From Watersipora subatra (lineage: Eukaryota), in assembly GCF_963576615.1 (NCBI RefSeq), contig NC_088716.1:43495910-43559909 (forward strand): a stretch of DNA of 64,000 bases, given 5' to 3'. Shown here piece by piece: positions 1-11,329 of this stretch. Within the stretch, counting starts at the first letter, position 1; each line of letters opens with the position of its first letter. The notes beneath the pieces were generated by a model that made no database searches, had not been told where the DNA came from, and worked only from the letters and a program-made list of their open reading frames with translations. The position numbers and the translations under genes were made by a program.

Positions 1-1341
1 AAAGGCTAAGTTTAGTAACATCAGTGAGTTGTAAAGTTGATATAACATATTGATTCAATTCGAGATAATCTCTGTCTCACTCATAGAAACGCAAACACTC
101 TATAACACGCGATGGTCATTTGTCTGAGCCATGATTGGAGATTAGGTTATTGGAGATGCCTGACAGCAGAGCGCACGGCGTATTATCAAATATGAGTTTT
201 ATACGCTTGCCAAAGCACACGGGATAGTAGCCCTTGCATCAAAAAATAAACTTACAGCAGAAGTAAATGTTATACTCTTAAAGTTCATACGTTGCCAAGA
301 AGGGGGCGAGCTTTATGGTTATGTTCATAGACCTATTAACCATACAGTTAACTATACCTATAAACTATACAGTATAGTTAATAAGTCTATAGTTATTTCA
401 CCCAGTTTTCTAGCGTCAGCGAACTTGATGCTACAGCATTCGATGTCAAACACAGTTGTACACAAATGTTGTCTTTCAACTCATGAGTGTAACAACACTT
501 TTGATTCATTGTAAAATAATAGCTACATTTTCTAAACTAGTCGGGCCCCCTTTTGGGCACAAATTTACATTTTACTGTCAACCATCGATGCAAATATCGT
601 CATCTATTTTGAGAAGTTTAGCTAAAAGGTACTGAAACTGGCTAGTTAGCCTAAATTTCTGACTTTTAGCACTTTCAGAGTTTGTTAGACTGTAAGGCTG
701 TGAGCCTACGATCCTGTATCATCACTTAGCTATTACATATATGATATAAACATCAGTTAACTAGTTTAACAAATTCTATCAAAATAAGGGTGGGTGAGGA
801 GTGAGACCCGTCTTTAGTTCTGCCTAGGTTCTTATCTGAGTCATCGAATCACCTAGAGTAATACATATATCCAGTTTTACTACTGTACAGCAGGAGTGCC
901 AAGCTAGCCTCCATTTTTTTATTATTAATAGAGCTACTAGCTTAATAGACACAGAGGCTAAGTCTTCAGCGATATTCCCTTAGTAATGATAAGCAGAAAT
1001 CCATGAAACAAGTACTGCATGATCTTTTTTATTCCTACCCCGGTTTTTAAACAACACTAAGAAAGCAATCGTCATTTTATAAAAATAACAGCTGACTTGA
1101 AAAACAATCAAAGAAAAAATTTTAATACACCAAGTCAAAAACTCACAAATTAAATCTTTTGAAAACACCAAAAATCCTTTGAAGCTTTTTATTTTGAATC
1201 GTATGCAAATGAGTCAATGAATAAAACGGCAGGAGGTTTCCTATAGTTATAAAGCAGCTCAGTTCATCTTTTCATAGGAACACAGGCTAGTATAAAGCAA
1301 TGCAGTAGTGTTATTAGAGTGTACTATTTCTGTCTACCAAC

Positions 1342-1461
1342 CTTTTCCTTTGCTGCCTTTTCTGCTACTTCAGCTTTACGAGCTGCTTCTTCTGCTGTCT
1401 GCCTTGCTTGAACAGACATCTGTTGAGCCTCAAGTGTGGCCAGTTCAAGGTCAGCACAGAC
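1342..1461 (-). CDS. Internal coding exon (40 codons, phase 0 to 0) of a minus-strand multi-exon gene. It is a coiled-coil segment: VCADLELATLEAQQMSVQARQTAEEAARKAEVAEKAAKEK.
   Basis: Read on the minus strand, an acceptor 'atatgtag|GTCTGTGC' and a donor 'GAAAAG|gttggtag' bound the exon. The frame is open and continuous in phase with the upstream exon at 3609-3709. The heptad-like charged/Ala composition fits a coiled coil. Confidence 0.5.
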
Positions 1462-2685
1462 CTACATATTTATAGAAAATAGAACTAACAATTGTTTCGT
1501 TGTTTTAACGGAATAGTGCAGCAAGGTTTGACACTATAGTTTAAGAACTTTTATCATTGTTGTAAAAACCTTTTTAGTATTATCCTTAGACAATTCTTGG
1601 TCCAAGCTGATGAAACGTACACAAACATTAGTTTTATAAACAACCGCAGAAAAATATTTTATACTTTGTTTTTTTTTCATAGAATCGTACATGTTAATTT
1701 TTGTTGAATAAAAAGTAGTACATTATTTTGTTTATTTACGTACTTACCAAATTCCTTATATATTTGTTATCTTGAAATAGCTTTTTACATAAACAAAAAA
1801 TATTCTTTTAAAGATTTGATTCACAACTTGCAGTAGTCCGTTGCAAAAAGTTGTGTAGTTGCTTGCATGGTATTGCCTAGCACCAGAGTCGTGGTGTAAA
1901 CAATAAAGTTATTCATAGAAGATGTATTGAACAATAGCAGAACACAAAAAGACCCGTACTGCCTACAGTACGTACTGGCAGCGTTAACTGGCAGCGTTCA
2001 CTGGCAGCGTTCACTGGCAGCATTAAAGATAAACAAATAAAAGGAAATTAAAAATAGGCTTGGCTTGCAAACATTGAAGAACAATTTCAAACTCTATTTC
2101 CTGAATTAGGCTAGAGCATCACGCCTTGTTGAACAATAACGGCGTCCAATCAACACTAAACAACGATTATACTCAGTGAACCATTGACTGTTTTGCAATG
2201 ATCAGTGTAATGGGCAGGCCATGCAACAAACCCGATTGAGTTAGCAAGATCATTTACGGTGTTCAGTCAAATGTAAACAATAAATGTTCAATGAACAACA
2301 GCAATGACAATTTGTAGCGCAGGACTTGCAAAACAACAGCCTGGTATTCCCACTTGACCAATCGTCTTCAGCTATTTACAGACTCAAAACACGCATGCAT
2401 CAAGTGCACTGTTGAGCATTTGAAGAGAGCCACGAAAAATCAGTTCTGCAAATTTTGCACAACAAGGCCAAAAAAGACTATAGAGCAAAGAAATCACCCA
2501 GAGAAGGCTTCATATGTTTTGCCACATCATGCCCCAACCTGGGGAAACAACAGTACAACAAGCAACGAGCGAGTACCAGCGACCAATGAAATTGTCACAA
2601 TGTGCTCGTAAGATCACATGGGAAAAACATCAAACTAGACATTGAAAAACTAGACATGGACACCACCACATCTAAAACCATCACA

Positions 2686-2992
2686 CAGAATAGAGAGAAG
2701 GGAAGATTGCTGATACATAGTGAATGTCCTGACTGACAGAATAGAGAGAGGGGAAGATTGCTGATACATAGTGAATGTCCTGACTGACAGAATAGAGAGA
2801 GGGGAAGATTGCTGATACATAGTGAATGTCCTGACTGACAGAATAGAGAGAGGGGAAGATTGCTGATACATAGTGAATGTCCTGACTGACAGAATAGAGA
2901 GAGGGGAAGATTGCTGATACATAGTGAATGTCCTGACTGACAGAATAGAGAGAAGGGAAGATTGCTGATACATAGTGAATGTCCTGACTGAA
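2686..2992. repeat. 51-bp tandem repeat, about 6 copies, unit cagaatagagagaggggaagattgctgatacatagtgaatgtcctgactga.
   Basis: The period of 51 is visible directly (unit starts at 2686, 2737 and so on). Because the unit is divisible by 3, it produces the artefactual ORFs 2595..3050 and 2650..3123. It sits in an intron of the minus-strand gene. Confidence 0.9.
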
Positions 2993-3608
2993 AGATGCAA
3001 GTATGAACCAACAGAACCATTTGATGATGATCTGGAGTATTGGAGGTCAATTTGGTTCCTTGCTTTGATATTACAGAACCTTTGTGATTTAAAGGTCCGG
3101 TTGGGCCATGCTAAGTGAAACAATCTGTTAACATTAAATTGTTAAACAAAGTCTCTCATTTGGAATCACTAAATCTTTAGGTATTTGAATCATCGGTTTA
3201 CATGTAACTGGCTAAGATGTGCATACTTGGCCTCGGCTTAGAAAACAACTACGGTCTCCACCAGCCATTTTATGATGAATAAAAATAATTGCTGCAGAAT
3301 TTTAGCCTAAGTTCCTAAATGCTCCGAGCAATTAGAATTTATTTTCAAAGTAAAGATTATTTACTTCCAGTTTGTGCAGAGCATTTCATTTATTTCAGTG
3401 ATAGAAGTTTAGATCAAATCAAAGGCCAAAATTGTGTTAAAATGAAGTTCACAAGCTGCCATAAAATGCTCAGAGAGTAAATCTGCAGCAGCCAATAAAG
3501 TCCGTCTGCTGTGGAAATTTTCCCATCTAATTTGATAAAAAAACAAACACTGCATCTCTTATTCCATCAAGTAGTAATAACAATAATGAGACGACATTTG
3601 ACACTCAC

Positions 3609-3709
3609 CTTTGTTACACTCGCTAACTGCTGTTCTGTGTTAGCTAAACTCTCTCTCAACTGGGCAGCCTGTAACATGAGCTCACGAGAGCCAGCCTGCT
3701 CAGTGACAT
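3609..3709 (-). CDS. Internal coding exon (phase 1 to 0) of the same gene: DVTEQAGSRELMLQAAQLRESLANTEQQLASVTK.
   Basis: Minus-strand acceptor 'cttatgcag|ATGTCACT' and canonical donor 'ACAAAG|gtgagtgt'. The phase matches the preceding exon at 4646-4975, which ends in phase 1. Confidence 0.5.
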
Positions 3710-4645
3710 CTGCATAAGATATACCAATTATTTTTATTTATAGAAGCACTATTGTAGTAGAAGCTCTAAACAAGACTCTAACTCTCTGCTACTCTTTAAT
3801 ACAGTTAGTTAACACAGCGGTTAGTTCAGGGAATGTTTAGCGCTTTCCTAATTTTCAGGTTTTTGGATGCATCAAATGTGGCAAAAATCTTAGGACCCTA
3901 GGGCTACCTTCTCAACGTTTCTGTTTAAATACTAAGTGACTAAGAAAGCATAAACAAAGCTGATTCTGTTCGGAAGTTGCTTCCCTTGCTGATTAGTAAA
4001 ACACATTTTTAATATCAGATACAACTAACATTTCTCATACCCACCAGTTGTAGGCCTACGAACCCTTGAGAAAAAAAGTGGTTGTTAGTTAACTGAGGGA
4101 GTGTCAAGGACTTTTTCATTTTGCAAGTGCTGAGTCAGGTCTCTGAATGCATCAAATATTTTCAAATAACTCAGGGCCCTAGTTTTAATTTTTTCTCAAT
4201 ATATCTGATCAAATACTCAATACCAAACTAAAAACAAACAACAATGTTGAATTTTTACTTTAAGGATATAATTCACTGCCTTGCTGATCAGTGAAATATA
4301 TTCTTTACATAACTCTATCAACAGCATGCAAAATCTATTTTCTTGAATCCTGCTTTGAAAAAAAAGTTCAGTAAGCAATTTTATCTACCTAAATAACATT
4401 GTTTACTGAGTTATTGTTATATGTATTAACAGCAACTGTACTATAACTTGTACAAATAATAAAATAGCTAAACTGTAAATGAAAGCTTACAAATAGTATA
4501 AAAAACAGCGATCATAGTCTGATCACTTCAGCAGTTATAAATCACTGTGTAATACCAAAATGTTAAATTACAAAAAATATATAAATATATCATAATATAC
4601 AAATATAAGAACATATAATTTCTTTCTGATTAGTTTTGACTTTAC

Positions 4646-4975
4646 CTTGAAGTTTGATTGGCCGGTCTAGCCAAGAATCCAAACTTTCTTCTTCTATCTT
4701 CTGCATTATGGTGCTATTTAGTCGATTCAGAGCGTCGTTTGTTTTATGAAAAGCCATAACCATCTTGGCTAAAAACTGTTCGTTATAACTCATATGAGAT
4801 GTGACATGTTTTTGCAAATCATTTAATCTAGTCATGCCTGTGTAGTTCTTAAGGTCGGTAGAGCTGAGTTCACTAGAGAGTTTGTCTATCTGCTCGATGA
4901 GACTTTCGTAGTGGTCTTTTATCAGGATATCCATGCCATCATCTGAGTAGGTTACTGACACAGATCGGCTTCTTT
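4646..4975 (-). CDS. Internal coding exon (330 bp, phase 1 to 1) of the same gene: ERSRSVSVTYSDDGMDILIKDHYESLIEQIDKLSSELSSTDLKNYTGMTRLNDLQKHVTSHMSYNEQFLAKMVMAFHKTNDALNRLNSTIMQKIEEESLDSWLDRPIKLQ.
   Basis: Lies inside ORF 4590..5021 (-). Minus-strand acceptor 'ttattatag|AAAGAAGCC' and donor 'CTTCAAG|gtaaagtc'. The length satisfies 2+3n+1, consistent with the flanking phases. Confidence 0.55.
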
Positions 4976-6435
4976 CTATAATAACATAGTATGATGATAA
5001 AAAACACTCTTCGAAGAACAAACCAAATGACTAAAAAAGCAGAAAGCGGACAGATTTATTCAGAAAATATCAATTACTTTGGCTGAAAAGGTTAAAAGCA
5101 ACAGCTTACTAACAGATTATTGAGAAAAGTATCAAAAACCTGATAATAAAATCTGAACAAGTATCTGGTTTGGTGCAATCACGGTTTTTACCAGGAATTA
5201 GGAAGATTATATAAAATGGAATTTATATATTGTTTGCTAAAATAATCATTGTATTACCTAAAAGTCTCTAAGTTGAAGCATGAAAAATAAGCTGAAGATT
5301 TATACAAACAAAAGACTATACCTTATGGCTATACCTTACCTTATAACAAAACATGCTACTTGAAATAGTATAGTGTTGGCAGTACTCAAATGGCATGTTA
5401 TTATATGTGTATAAATATATACGTAGACAACATTTTATATGATTTCAAACTTTTAAAACGATCAAAGAATGAGCGTTAAGACACATGAATATCGTAATAC
5501 ATATGACCAAGCTGTAGTGTTACAGAAGCAAACTCTTGCGATCATCGAAACAATTTTTGTCTTGTTAGCGATCGCACTTGACATCATTTCTTTAAAAATA
5601 ATTTTTTTCAATGCTTTAAAAATATAGAATGTAATTACATGACCACATGTGGACTTAGTGTACATCAATACTTTGACATACATTAAGTGTGAAAACATGA
5701 ACACATGTGAACTTCCTGTACATCAATACTTTGATGTACAGTAAACTAGAAAGCATAAGAATGAACTAAAAATGACTTTCACGATCAGTGTAGTCAGCCA
5801 TACGAGATGGTGAAAATTTCTGTGCCGAGTGAACGAGTATAAAAATTCTTGGGAGCTTATTTATACAAATCTAGTTTAACTTCCAAAGTCTTGAGTAGAT
5901 TTCTATCATCATAGCAATGACATTTCTGTTAACGTTTTTGAGCGGCTAAATGAGTTTAAAATGTTTTTTGTAGTATTGACAAAACTACTGCAGAACAAAT
6001 ATTAAATATACTATACATACAGTAACTAAGTTTATAAAATGGTTTTTCATATAATCAGGTATTTAACATATGTACTAAAAGTTTGAGTAATCTATCAAGT
6101 TCCAACAGCTTGACATAAGCAAGCCACTATATTTCATGTTTTTTTACTGTATTACATAATAGAAAATAATAAAAAATACCTTAAATGGCTGAGAAATGTG
6201 CACAAAAAAAGGTCATGGGTCATTACCACGACAGTTATTGTATTCATAACTCTGCGAAGGAAAAAGTAATCTGGGAAGACGCAGACTGAAGTACAAAGAT
6301 GTAGCAAAGGTTAACATGAAGTTGAAGGAACTAGACACAAACAGATGGCAAGAGAAGGTGGAAAACAGAGCTGCATGGAAGTCAGTGATAAAGCCTAAAC
6401 TATAAGATAGTCATTGTCAAAGCGACCAATTGCAA

Positions 6436-7336
6436 GGGAGGAGAGAGATAGAGAGAGAAGAGAGAAAGAAATAGAGAGAGAGAGAGAGGAAGAGAGATAG
6501 AGAGAAACAGAGCGCGAGAGAGGGTGAGAGAGGGAGGAAGAGAAAGAGCGATAGAGAGAAATAGAGAGAGAGGGAGGGAGAGAGAGGGAGAGAGAGGGGT
6601 AGAAAGGAAAAGCGAGAGAGATAGAGAGAAATAGAGAGAGAGAGTGAAAGAGGGAGGGAGAGAGATGGAGGGAGAGAGATGGAGGGAGAGAGAGAGAGGA
6701 AGAGAGAGAGAAAGGAAGAGAGATAGAGAGAAATAGAGAGAGAGGGTGAGAGAGAGGGAGAGAGAGATGGAGGGAGAGAGAGAGGGGTAGAAAGGAAAAG
6801 CGAGAGAGATAGAGAGAAATAAATAGAGAGAGTAAGATGGAGAGAGTGAGAGAGAGAGAAATAAAGAGAGGGAGGGAGAGAGATGGAGGGAGAGAGAGGG
6901 GTAGAAAGAAAAAGCGAGAGAGATAGAGAGAAATAAATAGAGAGAGTAAGATGGAGAGAGGGAGAGTGAAAGAGAGGAAGAGAAAGAGAGATAGAGAGAG
7001 GAAGAGCGAGAGAGAAATAGAAAGAAATAAATAGATAGAGAAAGGAAGAGAAAGAGATAGAGAGAAATAGAGAGGGAGAGAGAGTAAGATGGAGAGAGGG
7101 AGAGTGAGAGAGAGGAAGAGAGAAATAGAGAGAGGGTGAGAGAGATGGAGGGAGAAAGAGAGAGAGGAGAGAGAGGAAGAGAGAGATAGAGAGAAATAGA
7201 GAGAGAGGGTGAGAGAGGGAGGGAGAGAGATGGAGGGAGAGAGAGGGGTAGAAAGAAAAAGGGAGAGGGATAGAGAGAAATAATTAGAGAGAGTAAGATG
7301 GAGAGAGGGAGAGTGAGAGAGAGGGAAAGAAAAAAA
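6436..7336. repeat. ~900 bp polypurine (GA-rich) minisatellite with a complex (GAGAGAGATAGAGAGAAATAGAGAG)-like unit.
   Basis: Almost pure A/G on the plus strand for ~900 bp. Located in the 3 kb intron between the exons at 8045 and 4975. Confidence 0.9.
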
Positions 7337-8044
7337 GTTTTGCTACCATTCTGTACCTGAATGAATGTATTCTATTAGGCCACATGGTGTTTCACAGCAC
7401 CTAACCTAGTACAGGTATATTACTATTACTGTACCACTTCAACATCACTTCTTTTGTGGTAATGGATGTTTATCATAGTGCATTACCAGTTATTTGACAA
7501 TCATATCATAGAATGCCACTGTTGTTACACCACAATATACTACCCTGACATCTCATGGCAGTATATTATAAGATGCAGATGTCAATCATGTACCCAAGTG
7601 CCTTCTGCGCAGTTTGTACGATATCGAGCACAATCATGTAGCAGTGGAAACAGCAAGCTCGTATTTCATAGCACATATTCACAGTTGTCATTAAATATCC
7701 TAACACCACATCTCACAAGTTCTCACAACATTACGCTAGCAGATCACATAATTATGTACTCATACCACAAAAAGTCGTTCTGTATCACAGTGTATGCCTG
7801 GCTACAAATTTACATGTGAACTGACTGCAGCTATTGAACTTACGGCATCATGTCCCGATGACCTGAAGGGTATATACCATAATAATATATCGGAGCTACA
7901 TTCTATTCTACCTTTTTTATATGTTTTATTCTAAAACTAGCCTCTGACGGTTCGGCAATTGAGCACCACATACTTGAGAAGTGAACACTTGGAATATAGG
8001 CATCACCGCCTTGATCGCAGTTTATCTTACATATAGATTCTCAC

Positions 8045-8258
8045 CTTCTGTTTCTCTATTCTTGTGGTCAGCAGAGCTTAAGGATCTCTCACTCTCGTAC
8101 CTAGTTGGAGAACCAGCTTCTTCCCGATGAGAGCCCGCAGTAGTTGGACTATCTGTTAAACTCTCTCTTTCTCCATTCATCGTTGTCTCCTGCTCATGGT
8201 CCGACATGCTGAGAAAGTCAGTGGTCGAATATAACTCCTCAACAAGGCAGCAATACAA
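8045..8258 (-). CDS. Candidate first coding exon of the same gene, with an ATG at 8207 (MSDHEQETTMNGERESLTDSPTTAGSHREEAGSPTRYESERSLSSADHKNRETE) or at 8258. It is Ser/Glu-rich and low in complexity, and ends in phase 1.
   Basis: ORF 8022..8258 (-). Donor 'ACAGAAG|gtgagaatc' at 8045/8044. Phase 1 matches the phase-1 start of exon 4646-4975. Upstream exons and UTR are not resolved. Confidence 0.4.
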
Positions 8259-9223
8259 ACATGGCTAGTGTGAAAATATATGACAAGGGCTACGCAGCTT
8301 CAATCGCGGCTAATGGTATGTTTTAAATGAGCTCCCTTGTACACACACAGCATGTATGTCCTCCAGTGGCTGCTTTTCATTCAATATAGCAATACGGATT
8401 CTTTACGCTTGATAGCTGTGTACTTGTCGCTTAGTAACCAAGATTAGCCTTACGTGATTGGCCTAGTAGCCGTGTCAATAGATAACACAACTACGCAAAC
8501 AAGTCTTTAGAAATGCCAACTAGGATTTCAACTCAATCACAAACAATGCCAGCAGTGGCTACACAATTGGTAGTGCTTCGCAAATCAATTCATTAAAAGG
8601 AGAGACCGCAATGCTCTACCGCAGTGCTTGAGAGTGTTTATAACATTTTCTCGGGTATTATATAACACCTCTCTAGCACCTGTAATCTTGTGTGATGTGC
8701 TGTTCTCTCCTATTAAGTTGGAAAAAATTAGGATTGGATTGTACACAAACTTCTATGCAGCACCCGGACTGCCACTGCTTTCAATGGTTCTTCGTAAAAA
8801 CAGCCTGGAGTTGATCACCATCTTTTTTTTTGGGCTTCTCTTTTTTTTTATCCTTTTTGCTACAAAAACAAGACTAAATACCAAACTTGTACTGGGAAAC
8901 TAGAAATGCTGGCAGTTAAATTGGATGTAATGTAATTGTGTTACTCTCTTAACACTCTGAGCAAGGAAAGTAAGTTTAGAAGAAGTTGTCATTACATTTT
9001 ACGCAAAGAGGCAAATGAAAATATTGTTTGAATTACTTTATTAAAAGCAAGTGTTGACAACTTCATTAATGACTTACAATGAGGCACACACTAATATGTC
9101 GAAGTCAGTTTTATTATCAATATTATTGATTTTTGATCCAACTTTATTCAGACTAAACATTGAGTTCTGAATCGTGAACCTTCATTTGTGCATCTCGGCA
9201 ACTTGAGCAACTGACTTAACAAA

Positions 9224-9345
9224 TCTAATGTAGGTCTAATGATCAATCTAAAGTAAGTGTAATGATCAATCTAATGTAGGTCTAATGATCAATCTAATGT
9301 AGGTCTAATGATCAATGTAATGCAGGTCTAATGATCAATTAGTTT
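9224..9345. repeat. 23-bp tandem repeat (atctaatgtaggtctaatgatca), about 5 copies.
   Basis: Direct periodicity in the sequence. Confidence 0.85.
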
Positions 9346-9394
9346 TAAATGGTATTTACAGGTTTCTAATGAGTTGTTCACGGTGGATTGGTGC

Positions 9395-9800
9395 ACTTTT
9401 TTAAAGTGAGTTGGCACACTTATTTAAAGTATGTTGGCGCAATTGTTTAAAGTGTGTTGGTGCCCTCATTTAATGTTTATTGGTGCACTTATTTAAAACG
9501 TATTCGTGCACTCATTCAAAGTGTGTTAGTGCATTCATTTAAAGCGTATTGGTGCACTTGTTTAAAGTGTTTTGGTGCACATGTTTAAAGTGTGTTGGCG
9601 AACTTTTCAAACTGTGTTGGTGAACTCATTCAGAGGCTATTGCTACATTTGTTTGAAGTGTTTTGTACATTTGTTTAAAGGGTGCTGCTACACTTGTTTA
9701 AAGGGTGCTGCTACACTTGTTTAAAGGGTGCTGCTACACTTGTTTAAAGGGTGCTGCTGCACTTGTTTAAAGGGTGCTGCTACACTAATTTAAAAACAAA
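9395..9800. repeat. Two adjacent minisatellites: ~28-bp units (ttggtgcacttatttaaagtgtg-like, ~10 copies) followed by a 22-bp unit (ttaaagggtgctgctacacttg, 4-5 copies).
   Basis: Direct periodicity in the sequence. Confidence 0.85.
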
Positions 9801-11174
9801 TGTAATTTAAAACAATGGAAGTCTTTATGAAAGTTCACCTGAGCATTTCTTAATGTTAACTTCAAAAATGGCTACAATGGCACTGTTATTAAGTACTACA
9901 GATGATGCCAACCAACCAATTAATAATGGTATAGCTGTTTAGCAACTTGATAGGCACTGTTGCAGACCTGTTGCATAATAAAAACATACGCCAGATATTT
10001 AGCTAGCATAGCTCTTGCCTTTTGACAGTGAACTAGCTAGTTTACAACGCTAGTTTGTTAAAATCAGGTAAATGAGAACTCTAACAACTGCAACAGAAAC
10101 ATCTGTACATTGAGAACATGAGGACATTATGATGTTAATAACAATTAACACTGTTTCAACATGCGCACCAACAGTTTTTAACAAACTGATATGCGTCAAG
10201 TAAAATACAACTTTTATTAACAAATAACCTGGCAGCCTAGACATATAAAGCTATAAACCAACTCAATCCTTATTAGAAAGGCATCCCCATCCTCAGCTGT
10301 AACGGCACACGATTTTATCACATAGCATACTTGACATCCATAATGTAGAAAATAAAATAATTTTAACCCATCGTTTTTTTTGACGTCATCAAGTCGTTTG
10401 CACATGCGCTCGTTCACGAAAAAGCCGCCATTTTTGTAGAAAACGATCGTTTTTCTTCGATTTATTAGTAATTTTAAGTGTTGTTTTGATACTATAATAA
10501 AAAATTGCAAACAAAAACGTCGTTTTCAAATTATCATTGCAAAAGCTTCGTGTTTCTAATGAAAAAATTGTCTATAAAGATGGCCGACAACGATAAAATG
10601 ACGTCACAAAAAATGAAGGATTACCAAATTATGGAGAGCTAATAGGATCTAAGGTGTTTGGTAGAAACAGACTTGGTTTTAGACGTGTTTCACACAAATC
10701 CGTTTCACACAAGCACCTTTGACAAATATGTGTTCAAACAATGATGAACTGGGTCTACAAAAATACAATAGATTTAAGATTATTACAATAGTGGAATATA
10801 AAACCGACTACCAAAATAGACATGGCAAAAAGAAAGTATATCATAATGATATAAATCAAATAGCAAAGAAATAGAGAAATATAATATTTAATATCCCATA
10901 AACACCTCAGAGATAAGAGTTAAACACACAATTAGAGAAGCAAGAAATTATATCAATACATAATAACCAGACGTTGAGTATGACTGTTCTAGCATGATTA
11001 GATAATAGTCTCCTTTTTTTTAAGGCGGATAACTAGCTGTCGGGTGTGAGCAGTACACATCATGTTTAAGAGCAGATGACTCCAAGAGGAGCCCAACTCG
11101 AGTCGTCTCAACAAATTTGGATATTTGTCAAGAAGCCACTTGCTACTGGCAATGGTCGCATCCTCAGAACTCAC

Positions 11175-11329
11175 CATACGGAGCAACTTTTGAACATTTT
11201 CACCAGACTCCACATCCTTGCTTGTCTTTTTACCAACATCACACTCTTCAAGTATTCTCGCTACGTGTTCAAGGAATGTCGCAATCTTCCAGAGGAAAAT
11301 GCATACAATTTCTGCTGCAGCTGTTTTAC
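11175..11329 (-). CDS. Candidate internal exon encoding a P-loop (Walker A) tail: (G)KTAAAEIVCIFLWKIATFLEHVARILEECDVGKKTSKDVESGENVQKLLRM.
   Basis: Minus-strand acceptor 'cttcctgtag|GTAAAACAGCTGCAGCAGAA' and canonical donor 'CTCCGTATG|gtgagttc'. The frame is open across all 155 bp. 'GKTAAAE' directly follows the acceptor. It overlaps ORF 10998..11213, whose 'M' is a GTG. Confidence 0.3.

Noticed and set aside
2595-3123. 151- and 157-aa ORFs with repeated QSGHSLCISNLPLSLFC / SVRTFTMYQQSSPLSIL.
   Set aside because: They are translations of a 51-bp (3 x 17 codon) intronic tandem repeat in two frames.
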